Shown in pieces: positions 39,527 through 50,689 of a stretch of 64,000 bases of DNA (position 1 is the first letter of the stretch; the number at the start of each line of letters is the position of its first letter). Under the pieces are notes generated by a model. That model did not search any database, had not been told where the DNA came from, and saw nothing but the letters and a program-made list of their open reading frames with translations. The position numbers and the translations under genes were made by a program. This DNA is from an uncultured Verrucomicrobiae bacterium. GTDB taxonomy: Bacteria > Verrucomicrobiota > Verrucomicrobiia > Chthoniobacterales > JAFAMB01. The stretch is from the NCBI GenBank assembly GCA_963762565.1, contig CAVXLD010000007.1:480001-544000 (forward strand), written 5' to 3'.

Positions 39527-39761
39527 GCGATTTTTCCCGATCCTTGGCGACGCGAGGCAGGCCATACCCTCTAGCTAGGGCCAACGAGATCCATTCGCGG
39601 AGTGCAGACGCAAGCTCACGCTTTACCAGCGACCGAGTCTTACCGACAGCAATCAGACCGCGAAATCCCGGAATTCTGGCGGCAACGCCTTCGGTTGGCC
39701 CCAGATCGGTGAATTCGGCGAGTTCGAGTGCTAATCGTTCATAGCGGTCCACATCTGACAC
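39513..39761 (-). CDS. HicB-like antitoxin (short)
   Basis: ARIPGFRGLIAVGKT..L...LREWISLALARG..LP pattern; GTG start assumed. Confidence 0.55.
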   Translation of the reverse strand: MSDVDRYERLALELAEFTDLGPTEGVAARIPGFRGLIAVGKTRSLVKRELASALREWISLALARGYGLPRVAKDREKSLIER

Positions 39762-39929
39762 ACCGTGAATGTGCAGGATTTGCTGGCTTGGATCAAGGCT
39801 AGATCCAACGCGGAGACCTATAAGTCCCATTGGTCCTATAAGTCCCATCTGTGGAAGGTCTCGAAGGTAAGGATCTTTCTATGGTTCTGACCTTCGCTAC
39901 CGGTCGGTTTCGTTCCACGACGACCGCAA

Positions 39930-40751
39930 TCAACCACGCAGTCGCGTGAGATCCATCAGGCGGGCGGTCTCCCGATAGGCTTCCTCAACCCATTCGACGA
40001 TGTGGGCTGGGTCCGGCGAATATTCGAGTTCGATGGAGACAACGCCGTTGATCTCCAATTCTTTGATCGCCTGCAGATAGGGCTCGAACTTGATTACACC
40101 GCGCCCCGGGGGAAGGTCACCGTGGACTTTGCCGTCGCAATCGCTGATGTGAACATGGATGGCCTTGCCTCTGAGCTTAAGGAGCTCAAGCGGGCTAGTA
40201 TCTGCTAACACGAGATGACTCACGTCGATATTTGCACGCACACGCGGGTGATCGCACTCGTCGACGAAACGTGCCATCGCAGTCACACTGTTGAGCAGGC
40301 TTAGCCGGAAAGGCTCCAACTCGAGCGCGATATCGATTTTCTTCTGGTCGGCGTAATCGCCTAGGATGCGACAGGTCTCGATCGCCCAACGCCATTGTTC
40401 AGCCGGTGGGATAACTTCTCGTTGCCAGATATATTCGCCGAGAACGAGGAGAATATTTTTCGCATCCCACTCAGCAGCGAGATCGATGAAGGCTTTGCAA
40501 CGCTGCACATGGAACCCGCGCACGGGATCATTGAAATCGATAAGACCAGCCGCCACGACTGGAAGCGAAACAATGGGCAAATTATTTTTCCGGCAAGTGT
40601 CCAGCACCAAGTGTCTCTCCTCGGGGGTAATGGTCATGGCTTCCGTGAAAATATCCACGCAATCGAAGCCGATACGGGCGATGTGCTCAAGACCGGTTGC
40701 GGTGTCAACGCCGGCCTGTCCGAACGCGCTGTTGATGATGCCAAGCTTCAT
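39930..40751 (-). CDS. Sugar phosphate isomerase/epimerase (xylose-isomerase-like TIM barrel)
   Basis: LELEP, DVSH, HVHISD, PG.G.I.F, SIELE. Confidence 0.85.
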   Translation of the reverse strand: MKLGIINSAFGQAGVDTATGLEHIARIGFDCVDIFTEAMTITPEERHLVLDTCRKNNLPIVSLPVVAAGLIDFNDPVRGFHVQRCKAFIDLAAEWDAKNILLVLGEYIWQREVIPPAEQWRWAIETCRILGDYADQKKIDIALELEPFRLSLLNSVTAMARFVDECDHPRVRANIDVSHLVLADTSPLELLKLRGKAIHVHISDCDGKVHGDLPPGRGVIKFEPYLQAIKELEINGVVSIELEYSPDPAHIVEWVEEAYRETARLMDLTRLRG

Positions 40752-40787
40752 GGGGTTGGGGGAATGGACGGTTGCCAATCAAAACTT

Positions 40788-41389
40788 CACAATACGTAAA
40801 GATCACAAAGGACACAAAGACTGAGAACAGAAATGCGGTGATTAGAGGGTTAAGCGCGTAATGCCGTTTTTGAGGACAAGCTCATGAAAGTTAATCAGGA
40901 GACCGAGCGGTTTCTTGAGTAATTTCATGTAACTGAGCAGCTGTGCTTTATCTATCGGCAGCACTTCCTCAACGACCTTGAACTCGAGGATCAGCACATC
41001 ATCCACCAGGAAGTCGAGCCGAAGCGGTTCTTCAAAAACGTATCCCTTGTACTCGATGGGCACGAGTAGCTCTCTCTGTACTGGGATCGCGCGCAGTTCA
41101 CACTCGCGTTGGAAGCATTTGCTATAGATGCTCTCGATCAAACCAGGCCCTTCGATTCGATGAACCTCGATAGCCGCTCCAATCGCGACGTGACTCCAGC
41201 CATTCGCACGTTCTCTTTCGTTCTTCATGTTTACGAGTCATAAGAACATAAAAATAAAATGGTGTAACTGTAAAACTCGTCCTGGAAACCAAACTAGAGA
41301 TCACAATACGGAAAGATCACAAAGACTGAACATACGAATCCGAATTGCAGTTTCAGTCTTTGTGACCTTTGTGATCTTTCCGTATTGTG
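40788..41389. mobile_element. GxxExxY cassette bounded by CACAATACG(G/T)AAAG-ATCACAAAG inverted repeats
   Basis: Left arm 40788-40823; right side is a complete hairpin copy 41302-41389 ending ctttgtgatctttccgtattgtg. Confidence 0.7.
40842..41228 (-). CDS. GxxExxY protein (PD-(D/E)XK nuclease fold)
   Basis: GPGLIESIY, RLDFLV, ILEFK, AQLLSY, GLLINF. Confidence 0.93.
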   Translation of the reverse strand: MKNERERANGWSHVAIGAAIEVHRIEGPGLIESIYSKCFQRECELRAIPVQRELLVPIEYKGYVFEEPLRLDFLVDDVLILEFKVVEEVLPIDKAQLLSYMKLLKKPLGLLINFHELVLKNGITRLTL

Positions 41390-41413
41390 GATTTTCAGTT
41401 CTCTGGGGCCCGA

Positions 41414-42511
41414 TTAGAACCCAAACTCTGCGAGCTCCACTGCCCGGCTTTCCTGCATCGAGCGATACCCGGCTTCGACCAGTGCCATGGTCTTTAGATT
41501 ATCGGATGCGGATAACATTGGCGGCGTTCCGGTCCTTAGAGCGTATTGCAATTGTTCCATCACACCGGCAAAGGCATGCGGGAACCATCTGGTGTCCCAG
41601 GATGGTTGGAACCAATGACCGTCGGTTGTTTTCCTGGAACAGTAGCGAAGAGTTGAAGGCGATCCCGTTGGGTAATCCGGCCATCCGATCGTGCCCTGTG
41701 CAATACCATCCAGGCCTTCCACTCTCCACTTGATGTAGATGTCTGAGTCGAAGCCTTCTTGGCGCGGTCCTGACCAAACATCTTCCATGCTGACCGCCAG
41801 AACTTCTGAAGGAAACTTGAGGGTAGAAACAGTGATGCCGTCGGTATGCTCAAATTCGGTGCGAGGATCTCGCCTGACGGCAGTGTAAATTTCCAAAGGA
41901 TCGCCAAAGAGAAATCGTAATACATCGAGATGATGAATGCTCATATTAAGCAACGTCAGCCGGTGGTACCCGGCAAGAAACGTTTGCCAATGCGGTATCG
42001 CCCGCATCTCGATCGTTCCCAGAACCGGCGTTCCAAGTTCGTCGTGTTCGAGCAACTGCTTGAGAACGCGCATCGATTGATCGAACCGCATGTTCTGGTT
42101 AACCGATAGCACCTTATCGGTTATAGCCGCTTCTTCGACGATCGCTTTCGCCTGATTTAAATCCATTGCCAGCGGTTTTTGGGCGAGGATGCCGCGTACG
42201 TGTTTTTGCTTCAGAGCATACCGAATTAAATCCGGTTGTTGGTCAGGCGGGAAAGCGATATCGACGATCTCAACGTCAGGGTCTTCTATCAGTTCTCGCG
42301 GTGTCTGATGGACGGTGGGGATCTTCCAACGCCTAGCCACCTCGGCCGCTTTTTCCGCTTGCCGCGAAGCGATCGCAACAACCGGGAAATGAGCCATTGC
42401 ATAAGCCGACAGCTGTACATCGGCCACGATAAAACCCGCACCAATACAGCCGATCTTAAAGTCTCTGCATCGGATCTCCGGGTCCGGTTCGAAATTTAGC
42501 TGCTTTGCCAT
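41414..42511 (-). CDS. Gfo/Idh/MocA family oxidoreductase
   Basis: IGAGFI, AQKPLA, NQNMR, MSIHHLD. Confidence 0.88.
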   Translation of the reverse strand: MAKQLNFEPDPEIRCRDFKIGCIGAGFIVADVQLSAYAMAHFPVVAIASRQAEKAAEVARRWKIPTVHQTPRELIEDPDVEIVDIAFPPDQQPDLIRYALKQKHVRGILAQKPLAMDLNQAKAIVEEAAITDKVLSVNQNMRFDQSMRVLKQLLEHDELGTPVLGTIEMRAIPHWQTFLAGYHRLTLLNMSIHHLDVLRFLFGDPLEIYTAVRRDPRTEFEHTDGITVSTLKFPSEVLAVSMEDVWSGPRQEGFDSDIYIKWRVEGLDGIAQGTIGWPDYPTGSPSTLRYCSRKTTDGHWFQPSWDTRWFPHAFAGVMEQLQYALRTGTPPMLSASDNLKTMALVEAGYRSMQESRAVELAEFGF

Positions 42512-42526
42512 AGTGGGGGAATCAGT

Positions 42527-43012
42527 CACAATACGGAAAGGCCACAAAGATCACAAAGACAGACAATTTAAACAGGAGACAAGGGAGGCAACAGAGTTAT
42601 AGGTTTCAGTCCTTCGCAACCCAGCGTTTCAGAGGTCCTCCGTTTCCTCTTTACGTCCTGTTAAAGAATCCGTCTTCGTGACCTTTGTGATCTTTGTGTA
42701 TTGTGGCCTCTGTCCGTTTGCGGCTGCTTAGTCCGTTAGGCGTGTATAGGCCGCTGCGAGGAGTAGTATCACAATACGGAAAGGCCACAAAGATCACAAA
42801 GACAGACAATTTAAACAGGAGACAAGGGAGGCAACAGAGTTATAGGTTTCAGTCCTTCGCAACCCAGCGTTTCAGAGGTCCTCCGTTTCCTCTTTACGTC
42901 CTGTTAAAGAATCCGTCTTCGTGACCTTTGTGATCTTTGTGTATTGTGGCCTCTGTCCGTTTGCGGCTGCTTAGTCCGTTAGGCGTGTATAGGCCGCTGC
43001 GAGGAGTAGTAT
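42527..43012. repeat. Exact 243-bp tandem duplication (repeat element + 64 bp flank incl. permease 3' end)
   Basis: 42527-42769 = 42770-43012 by direct reading. Confidence 0.9.
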
Positions 43013-43963
43013 GATGGCGCCGTAAAGAATCTGGCGAACCGACTCGGGTACGTCGAGGAGGGTCAGAATGCTATTCAACACGGTCAGGATCAACGCCCCG
43101 ACAATAGTGCCGGAATAACCGCCTCGCCCGCCGAAGATCGAGGTGCCGCCGATGATCACGGCGGCGACTGACGGCAAGAGATAAACTTCTGCTAGCCTGA
43201 GCTCCGCGGAGTCGGTGCCCCCAACAATGATCAGTCCGGCGATGGCCGCGAGCAGTCCACAGGTGACATAGTTGACCAGGAGTATTCTCCACACGCGAAT
43301 ACCCGCCAGCGTGCATGCCTTGCTGTTGTCTCCGATTGCGTACAGCAGCCGCCCGTACCCGGTGCGTCGCAATACGAAGATCAGGATGATGGCGATCGGC
43401 ACCCAAATGATGAGATCATTCGGGATACCACCCAAGAACTTTCCGGCGCCCAGGTCCTCTATGAATTGCGGCACACGCGGTGCCTCGGCCATCTTTTTCT
43501 GGCTATAAACGACGAGCATTCCCTCCGTCATCAGTCCTGTTCCCAACGTCATCACCAAAGGTTGTACGCGCAGAAGTGCCACGCCGATTCCGTTGAGCAA
43601 GCCGACGACAAAGCCAACGCCGAGTCCATAAATTATTGCTAGCGCGACTCCCAGGCCGGAATGAGTCGCCATCAGGTAAGCAGAGGCAGTCGCCACGCTC
43701 GCGACGGAAAGATCAATTCCTCCGGTCAGCATGACCAGTGTCTGCCCGGCAGCGACGATTCCGAGCGGCGCCGCGAACAGGAGCATGTTGGATATCCAGA
43801 TCGGGTTGACTGTTCCAGGCCGAGCCATCTGAATACCGGCCACTAACACCAACAGCAGCAGAATCAGGGCAATAATTGTACGGGTACGCAGCAGCGATAC
43901 GAAGCCGCCACTGGTGATACCGACGATAACACGCGAGAAGACGGTTTTAGATCGCTCGCTCAT
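42971..43963 (-). CDS. Sugar ABC transporter permease (RbsC-like)
   Basis: GGIDLSV, GR.LYAIG.N..A...AG, AAVIIGGTS..GG.G. Confidence 0.92.
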   Translation of the reverse strand: MSERSKTVFSRVIVGITSGGFVSLLRTRTIIALILLLLVLVAGIQMARPGTVNPIWISNMLLFAAPLGIVAAGQTLVMLTGGIDLSVASVATASAYLMATHSGLGVALAIIYGLGVGFVVGLLNGIGVALLRVQPLVMTLGTGLMTEGMLVVYSQKKMAEAPRVPQFIEDLGAGKFLGGIPNDLIIWVPIAIILIFVLRRTGYGRLLYAIGDNSKACTLAGIRVWRILLVNYVTCGLLAAIAGLIIVGGTDSAELRLAEVYLLPSVAAVIIGGTSIFGGRGGYSGTIVGALILTVLNSILTLLDVPESVRQILYGAIILLLAAAYTRLTD

Positions 43964-44955
43964 TTACGGTTTCGTTCCATCTCCACGAATCCGCCAATCA
44001 TCACGATCACGACGATCAGGGTGCCTTGGATCACTTGGCCGAAATTGGGATCGATATTCAGGAAAATCAGATCGGTCGGAATTAGGGTGAGCACGAATGC
44101 AGCCATTACCGGCCCGAGCATTCCGCCGCGTCCGCCGGCCAGGCTGACTCCTCCAACCACGACGGCCGCCAATCCGCTCAACGTGTAGTAGACCCCGGCG
44201 AGCGGCGCTCCGATTCCGGTCGTCATGGTCAGGCCAAGACCGCCGACGGCACTGAACAAGCCGGAAAATATGTAAGCGGCAAAGCGGGTACGATTGATGT
44301 TAACTCCGCTCCGGAAGGCCGCGGTGCGGTCGCTGCCGACCGCATAGAGCTGAAGCCCAAGCTTAGACCGGCGCAAAGGAATCCAGATCGCGCAGACAGC
44401 GACCACGAGCAGCACCAGAGCGTTCGGTAACCAGGCTGTGAGCAGTGTCCCCGTCCCGAGATTGAGGAATTCCTGTGGTGCCCCACCGCCCGGCTTCTCC
44501 ATGATGACAAGCGCGACGCCTCCCCAGATGAATCCCGTCGTCAGGGTCGCCACGACGTCTGGGATCCGAGACAGTATCACGATCAGACCATTCAAGGCGC
44601 CGATAGCTGCTCCGGCGATCAGAACCACCACAGCCAGGAGCAAGGATTCCGCGAAGCCCGCCTTCTCCATAGCGCTGGCCGCCAAAACATTGGCAACCGC
44701 CATCGCTGAGCCGATTGAAAGATCGATTCCGCCAGCGATCACCACGACGCTCTGTGCTGCGGCGGCGAACGCCAGCGGCAGGGCTCCCATGGCCAGCGAT
44801 TGCAGATCGAAGTCGGAGAACTGTGGATGAATGGCCACAGTGATCGCTAGAGACACAACGAGCAAGGCGGGCATGGAAAACAGGCCCGGGTCACGCCGCA
44901 GCGAACGCCGGAGACGTTGGGCGAGACCCATATTCGGTGCCGCGGGAACAGACAT
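43960..44955 (-). CDS. Sugar ABC transporter permease (RbsC-like)
   Basis: GGIDLSIG, YAVGSD..AA..SGV, AAVVVGG.SL.GG.G. Confidence 0.92.
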   Translation of the reverse strand: MSVPAAPNMGLAQRLRRSLRRDPGLFSMPALLVVSLAITVAIHPQFSDFDLQSLAMGALPLAFAAAAQSVVVIAGGIDLSIGSAMAVANVLAASAMEKAGFAESLLLAVVVLIAGAAIGALNGLIVILSRIPDVVATLTTGFIWGGVALVIMEKPGGGAPQEFLNLGTGTLLTAWLPNALVLLVVAVCAIWIPLRRSKLGLQLYAVGSDRTAAFRSGVNINRTRFAAYIFSGLFSAVGGLGLTMTTGIGAPLAGVYYTLSGLAAVVVGGVSLAGGRGGMLGPVMAAFVLTLIPTDLIFLNIDPNFGQVIQGTLIVVIVMIGGFVEMERNRK

Positions 44956-44980
44956 TACCGACGATCCACCTCCAAAACGT

Positions 44981-45068
44981 CACAATACGGAAAGGCCACA
45001 AAGACAGAAACTAAAAACCGGATTCCTAGCCTCAGTCTTTGTGTCCTTTGTGACCTTTCCGTATTGTG
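44981..45068. repeat. Empty CACAATACGG inverted-repeat element
   Basis: cacaatacggaaaggccacaaagac ... gtctttgtgtcctttgtgacctttccgtattgtg. Confidence 0.85.
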
Positions 45069-45097
45069 GATTTTCTGCATTTCTTCGGAGGACCTCA

Positions 45098-46600
45098 TCA
45101 TGACGAAGATTCGACCGAGGGAGCGAGGCCATGGGCGGAGCGCAACAGCGTGGCTTCATCAGCCTCAGACACCGGCATCTCGGCGACCACGCGCCCGCCG
45201 AACAGCACGATTGCCCGGTCGCACGCGAGCGGAATCTCTGGAAGCTCAGAAGTGAACAACAGCACTGCAGACCCCGCAGCTGCTATTTCTCGGACCAACG
45301 CGTAGATCTGGCGTTTCGTGCGAATGTCGATGCCGCGAGTGGGATCAAAACAAAGCAAGATATCAAAACCGCTGGCGAGCCAGCGCGCGACCACTACTTT
45401 CTGCTGGTTGCCGCCGCTCAGGCGGCGCAATTCCGATCCGGCCCGGGTGTCGATCTGGAGACGTTCGATTGCGGATGCTACTCGCTTTCGCTCCTCGCGA
45501 AACCTGATCGGACCCCAGTTCCGAATGCGGCGGAAAGCAGGCAAGGCAATATTTTCTGGGATCGGTCGTTGCTGCAGGAGAGCTAACAACCGGTTCGCCG
45601 GCACGAGCACGACACCGGCTGCTATCGCGTCTGCGGGGTGGCGAAGTCTCAATTCCTTTCCACGCGCAAAGATGGCGCCTTGGTCGTAGCGACGACTTCC
45701 GGCGATGCAATCGAATAATTCCTCCTGGCCCTGGCCCTCCAATGCGGCAACTCCAAGGACCTCACCTGGGTAGACCTTGAAGGAGACATCGTTGACCTGG
45801 GGAATGCAGCGCAGCCTGCGTACTTCCAAGGCCGGTTGCGCGTCGTCTGCCTTCAGATGCGGCGGGCGGGTTGAAGGCGCGGAGGCGACCGCTCGGGCTG
45901 TCTCAGCCCCCAACATGAGCGCCACGATACGCTCCTCGCTGCCGTGCGCGCGCTCGGTCACACCGGCCGTAACGCCATCGCGCAAAACCGTCGCCCGGTC
46001 GCACAGGGCCGATACCTCGGCCATACGGTGGGAAATGAAGATCACGGCGTTGCCTTTCTCTCGCCAACGCTTCACCATCGCGTAAATCTGTTCGGAGAGA
46101 TCTGCAGGCAGGGAAGCCGTGATTTCGTCGAGCAGTAGGACGGCGGGTTCCCACGACAGGGCCCGAGCAAGATCAATGAGGCGCAGCGTGGGGTCGGGCA
46201 AATCACGGACCAAGAGGCCGAAATCGAGCTTAGCGACGCCGAGTTCTGCCAGCCATTTGCGTACGGCATCGATGGGGACGCCTGCGAGGCGCATATTCTG
46301 AGTGACCGTCAGGTCCGGCACGAGCGCCGGATCTTGATAGACTGAAACAATCCCTGCGCGGCGCGCTTCAACCGGGGATCGGAACGAACGAACTGCGCCC
46401 TTTATCAGGACCTGACCGCCATCGGCCGGAAAGACGCCGGTGATGATTTTCACTAATGTACTCTTACCGGCGCCGTTCGCTCCCATTAGACCGTGAACCT
46501 CGCCTGGGCGCACCTGAAGCGAGGCGGCTTTGAGCGCAACGACCGAATCGAACCTTTTTGCCACATCGCGGGCCTCAAGAAGAAGGGTCGCTTCGCTCAT
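45098..46600 (-). CDS. Sugar ABC transporter ATP-binding protein (RbsA-like)
   Basis: GANGAGKST, LLDE, ISH, LSGGNQQKV. Confidence 0.94.
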   Translation of the reverse strand: MSEATLLLEARDVAKRFDSVVALKAASLQVRPGEVHGLMGANGAGKSTLVKIITGVFPADGGQVLIKGAVRSFRSPVEARRAGIVSVYQDPALVPDLTVTQNMRLAGVPIDAVRKWLAELGVAKLDFGLLVRDLPDPTLRLIDLARALSWEPAVLLLDEITASLPADLSEQIYAMVKRWREKGNAVIFISHRMAEVSALCDRATVLRDGVTAGVTERAHGSEERIVALMLGAETARAVASAPSTRPPHLKADDAQPALEVRRLRCIPQVNDVSFKVYPGEVLGVAALEGQGQEELFDCIAGSRRYDQGAIFARGKELRLRHPADAIAAGVVLVPANRLLALLQQRPIPENIALPAFRRIRNWGPIRFREERKRVASAIERLQIDTRAGSELRRLSGGNQQKVVVARWLASGFDILLCFDPTRGIDIRTKRQIYALVREIAAAGSAVLLFTSELPEIPLACDRAIVLFGGRVVAEMPVSEADEATLLRSAHGLAPSVESSS

Positions 46601-46660
46601 TGAATTACGGGACTGCCCAACGCGGGTTCAGATGCTGTCTGCCGTGACCATCGAAATGGT

Positions 46661-46950
46661 CCTAAGAGAATAGCCAGGTCTTTAGGCCTGGGAATAGGGC
46701 GTAATCATTGCCGCCCTGAAAGGGCGGCCGACGGGAACTGGTCATAGTAGCCAATCCGAGGCCGTTGTGGGACTGAGCCTGCAAACGGACGATCCATTTG
46801 ATCTGCAAATTATGGTCTTAGCCAATTTTGCTTCTCGGCATAAACCAGCACGCTCGGTCAGTCGCCCTTACAGGGCGGGCTTTGTTATGACTGAATCCCA
46901 GGCCAAAAGGCCTGGGCTATTATGAATAGCCGCTTCGCGGCAAAATCCGA
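46661..46950. repeat. REP-like palindromic element (gccctgaaagggc family)
   Basis: ccaggtctttaggcctggg, gccctgaaagggcg ... cgcccttacagggcg, cccaggccaaaaggcctggg. Confidence 0.7.
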
Positions 46951-47021
46951 TCCCTTGTCACCAACTGTCGGTGATCGCAGGATAAAGTACCGCGAGGCTT
47001 CGCGTGAAGGAGTCCGAGCCT

Positions 47022-48056
47022 TTATTCACCCGGCCCTTTGCAGGCCTTCTCTTGATCGAGAGTATAATGCGTATATGGGTCGACCGGGCTGTACACAGGA
47101 TAATTCGGATCCACCTTCGGGTCGTAAAGCGACTTCAGCCAATCCTGGCCTTCAGCCGTTGTACTGTCGTACACCTTCGGCGTGAGATGAGTAACCCGCG
47201 GCACCTTTTTCCCCGCCAGAACATCGAGGGCTATACTGAGGCCGGCTCCGCCCACGGCCGGCGGATTGGTTACGTTGATCCCTACGAGGCCAGCATCCTT
47301 CATGTCGATCTCCTGACCCATGAATCCATTGTTGTCGGCGCCAACGATCGGCACGTATTTCAGGTTTGCGGTCTTATAGGCATCGACGACCGCCTTATCA
47401 ATGCCCGAAGTCCAGATGCCATCGATCTGTTTGCCGGAACTGATCAGGTCTTTCGTTTCCTGCGCTGCCTTATCCGGTGACCAACCGGTGAAGACCGACG
47501 CCACAACCTTGATATCGGGATAGCTTTTGAGTGCTGCAGTGAAGCCCTCGTGGCGATCGGCATCGGCTGGCACGCCATCGATTCCGCGCATCTCGACGAC
47601 ATTGCCCTTACCGCCGAGCTTCTTGAACAACGCCTCCGCCCCGAGACGGCCGTAGGCGGTCTGATCGTTGGTCACAACGTAAGCCGAGGGTGCGTCAACG
47701 GCCTGGTCGACGGCCACCACCACGATCTTCCTGTCGGTTGCCTGCTTAATCACAGGATCTAGTGCTTTGCGATCGGACGGATTGACAATGATGATGTTGA
47801 CCCCGGCCGAGATCAGATTGCGCAGATCAGCGATCTGCTCAGATGGTCCACCGTTACGGTTGGCCAGGATAATCTTGGAAACCTTACCCGATGCCAAGGC
47901 TTCTGCCTTGATCGAGCAAACCATTTCCTCGCGCCAACCGTTCCCTACTAATGTATTAGAAACGCCAACTACGTACTGCTCGGCCGCGGGGGCATGACTA
48001 GCCACCGTCATAACAGCGCCAAGAAACAGGGGCAAATAACTGCTGACTTTCCTCAT
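47022..48056 (-). CDS. Sugar ABC transporter substrate-binding protein
   Basis: Signal peptide, type I periplasmic binding fold (VSN...N.WR, Q..D..NLI..GV..II.NP). Confidence 0.92.
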   Translation of the reverse strand: MRKVSSYLPLFLGAVMTVASHAPAAEQYVVGVSNTLVGNGWREEMVCSIKAEALASGKVSKIILANRNGGPSEQIADLRNLISAGVNIIIVNPSDRKALDPVIKQATDRKIVVVAVDQAVDAPSAYVVTNDQTAYGRLGAEALFKKLGGKGNVVEMRGIDGVPADADRHEGFTAALKSYPDIKVVASVFTGWSPDKAAQETKDLISSGKQIDGIWTSGIDKAVVDAYKTANLKYVPIVGADNNGFMGQEIDMKDAGLVGINVTNPPAVGGAGLSIALDVLAGKKVPRVTHLTPKVYDSTTAEGQDWLKSLYDPKVDPNYPVYSPVDPYTHYTLDQEKACKGPGE

Positions 48057-48200
48057 GGATTGAGACTTAGCTTGATTGTTCGAACGTTAATGGGGGGAGC
48101 GATCTTTGTCGAAAACGGACCACGATCGCGAATTAATGATGATCGCAAAAAAATTCGTTCCCTGTCAAACCGCCTCTTTAGAACAGGGGCAATATAACGG

Positions 48201-48334
48201 TACGGAAAGATCACAAAGGCCACAAAGACTAAGTCAAGGTTGGCGGTAAGGCTGCCAGCAGGGCTAAACTTTGGAACATCTTCAGCAGGTTCCATTTTCG
48301 GTCTTTGTGACCTTTGTGATCTTTCCGTATTGTG
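48201..48334. repeat. CACAATACGG-family element in divergent promoter region
   Basis: tacggaaagatcacaaaggccacaaagac ... gtctttgtgacctttgtgatctttccgtattgtg. Confidence 0.85.
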
Positions 48335-48360
48335 ACATCCTGCCGGTTGTTTCCCCCCCA

Positions 48361-49548
48361 ATGATATCTAACAAGACTGCAGCTGTAGTCGGCACCGGAT
48401 TCATCGGCCCGGTCCATGTCGAGGCGCTTCGGCGGCTCGGGATTCGCGTAAAAGGCATACTTGGTAGTTCGCCCGCGAAAAGTGAAATGGCGGCCAAGCA
48501 GCTGGGACTAGCGAAAGGATATGCCAGCTATAAAGAGATTCTTTCGGACCCAGAGATAGAAGTCGTCCACATCACGACACCCAATCGCCAGCACCGACAT
48601 ATGGTCATTGGCGCGATTGATGCCGGGAAACACGTGGTCTGCGAGAAGCCGCTCGCCACCAACTCGGTGGAGACGTCGGAATTAGTCGAGCGAGCACGGA
48701 AGAACCCGGCCTTGGTCACAGCCGTCAACTACAACGTCCGATTTTATCCTCTGGCTCTCCATGCCCGCCATTTGCTGCAAAGCGGCGCGATCGGTCGCGT
48801 GTTACACGTAAGGGGCGCGTACATGCAGGATTGGCTGCTGAAGGATACAGATTGGAACTGGCGATTGCTCGTGGAGGAGGGGGGCAAACTGCGAGCCGTG
48901 GGCGACATCGGGACCCATTGGATGGATCTAATCCTCTTCATAACCGGTTTGCGAATCGATTCGGTTTTTGCCGATCTGGCGACCCTCATTCCGATCCGGC
49001 AGCGAGCGAAAGTAGCAGGCGCAACTTTCCAAGGGACAGGAGGACAACCGGACGAGCAGGAGCTGGTTCCTACCGCCGAACCAATCCGGATCGAGACCGA
49101 GGACTGGGGATCGGTACTCTTCCGATTTGCTAACGGTGCCCGTGGTTCAATGTGTGTTTCACAGGTTACCGCCGGCCGGAAAAATCAAATCACTTTTGAA
49201 ATAGCCGGTTCAGAAGGATCGCTGGCTTGGGACTCAGAGCATCCGAATGATCTCTGGCTCGGCCACCGAGATAAACCGAACGAGCTCTTAATTCGGGATC
49301 CCTCCTTGCTCGCACAAGATATCCGCTCTTTTGCCAGCTATCCCGGCGGCCATAACGAAGGGTTTCCGGACACCTTCAAGCAACTTTATCGAGCGATTTA
49401 TGAGTATCTTGGCGAGGGTGATTTTTCGCGTCCAAAAATCTTCGCGGGATTTGAAGATGGTCACGAAGAACTGCTGCTCTGTGAAGCGATCCTCGAAAGT
49501 CACCGGACCCAAGCTTGGGTCCCGGTAAAAAGAAATTCGTCCCAGTAA
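48361..49548 (+). CDS. Gfo/Idh/MocA family oxidoreductase
   Basis: GTGFIG, TPN..H, CEKPLA, DIGTH..D, YPGGH.EG. Confidence 0.92.
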   Translation: MISNKTAAVVGTGFIGPVHVEALRRLGIRVKGILGSSPAKSEMAAKQLGLAKGYASYKEILSDPEIEVVHITTPNRQHRHMVIGAIDAGKHVVCEKPLATNSVETSELVERARKNPALVTAVNYNVRFYPLALHARHLLQSGAIGRVLHVRGAYMQDWLLKDTDWNWRLLVEEGGKLRAVGDIGTHWMDLILFITGLRIDSVFADLATLIPIRQRAKVAGATFQGTGGQPDEQELVPTAEPIRIETEDWGSVLFRFANGARGSMCVSQVTAGRKNQITFEIAGSEGSLAWDSEHPNDLWLGHRDKPNELLIRDPSLLAQDIRSFASYPGGHNEGFPDTFKQLYRAIYEYLGEGDFSRPKIFAGFEDGHEELLLCEAILESHRTQAWVPVKRNSSQ

Positions 49549-49578
49549 GAAGAACCCAAACAGAATCTTCATCCCACT

Positions 49579-50487
49579 ATGCAACTTGGATTCGTAACCG
49601 CGATTGTGCCGGAGTTGTCCCTGGAAGATGTCCTCTCGTTCGCTGCTACCGAGGGATTTCGATGTGTTGAGGTAATGTGCTGGCCGACGGGCAAGGCGGA
49701 AAGGCGTTACGCCGGCGTAACGCATCTGGATGTTACTTCATTTGATGAACGTGCGGTGACGCGGACGCAAGAATTAACCGTCAAATACGGAGTTCAGATC
49801 TCGAGCCTTGGCTATTACCCAAATCCGCTCTGCGCCGATCCCACCGAGCGGGCGACCTATGCGGACCACCTGCGGCTGGTTATCCAAGCATCAGCTCGTC
49901 TAGGAGTCGGCGTAGTGACGACATTCATCGGGCGGGATCATGTCAAATCCTTTGAAGAGAATTGGAAGCTATTCGATTCGGTCTGGAAACCGCTGATCGC
50001 CTTTGCTGGTGATCACAATGTCAAGGTGGGAATAGAGAATTGCCCGATGCTGTTTAGCGAGGACGAGTGGCCCGGCGGAAAAAACCTGGCTATCTCGCCC
50101 GAAATCTGGCGGCGCATGTTTGACGCTATCCCCAGCAAAAACTTCGGCCTCAACTTCGATCCCTCTCATTTGGTTTGGCAGAAGATCGATTACGTTCGAG
50201 CGATCCATGAATTTGAGGATCGAATCGTTCATGTACATGCCAAGGATGACAAAGCGCTTGGAGACCGGTTGTACGATCGTGGGATTTTGGGCCTCGGTTG
50301 GCATATCCCTAAACTCCCGGGATTCGGTGACGTCCAATGGAATCAATTTTTTTCCGCATTGACTGACATCGGGTATCGGGGTCCGGTCTGCGTGGAGGTC
50401 GAAGATCGCGCCTACGAATATTCGCTTGAAGGCAGGAAAAAAGCTCTCCGCCAATCCCATCAGTTTCTGAAACAGTTCGTCGTTTGA
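49579..50487 (+). CDS. Sugar phosphate isomerase/epimerase
   Basis: IENCPM, FDPSH, HVHAKD, PG.G.V.W, VEVED. Confidence 0.9.
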   Translation: MQLGFVTAIVPELSLEDVLSFAATEGFRCVEVMCWPTGKAERRYAGVTHLDVTSFDERAVTRTQELTVKYGVQISSLGYYPNPLCADPTERATYADHLRLVIQASARLGVGVVTTFIGRDHVKSFEENWKLFDSVWKPLIAFAGDHNVKVGIENCPMLFSEDEWPGGKNLAISPEIWRRMFDAIPSKNFGLNFDPSHLVWQKIDYVRAIHEFEDRIVHVHAKDDKALGDRLYDRGILGLGWHIPKLPGFGDVQWNQFFSALTDIGYRGPVCVEVEDRAYEYSLEGRKKALRQSHQFLKQFVV

Positions 50488-50617
50488 ACCGGCAGGATGT
50501 CACAGTACAGAAAGATCACAAAGGCCACTAAGACTGAAGCCGGGGTCGGCGGAGGCAAGAATGCAAGCAGGGCTAAACTTTGGGACCTTTCAGCAGGTTC
50601 CGTTTTCCGTCTTGTGA
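50488..50617. repeat. Degenerate CACAATACGG-family element
   Basis: cacagtacagaaagatcacaaaggccac; internal gcagggctaaactttgg...cagcaggttcc shared with the 48201 copy. Confidence 0.75.
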
Positions 50618-50689
50618 GATTTGTTTGGGCACCACAAATCGCCGCCATCATCGGTTCCACTTTCTAGCGAATCACGGTAGAATCCGACC

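Noticed and set aside
44953..45110. Possible older duplicated ATPase end (TAATG overlap) either side of the 44981 element
   Set aside because: Similarity is only ~10 nt (tcgtcatgatg vs tcgtcggtaatg); too weak to support
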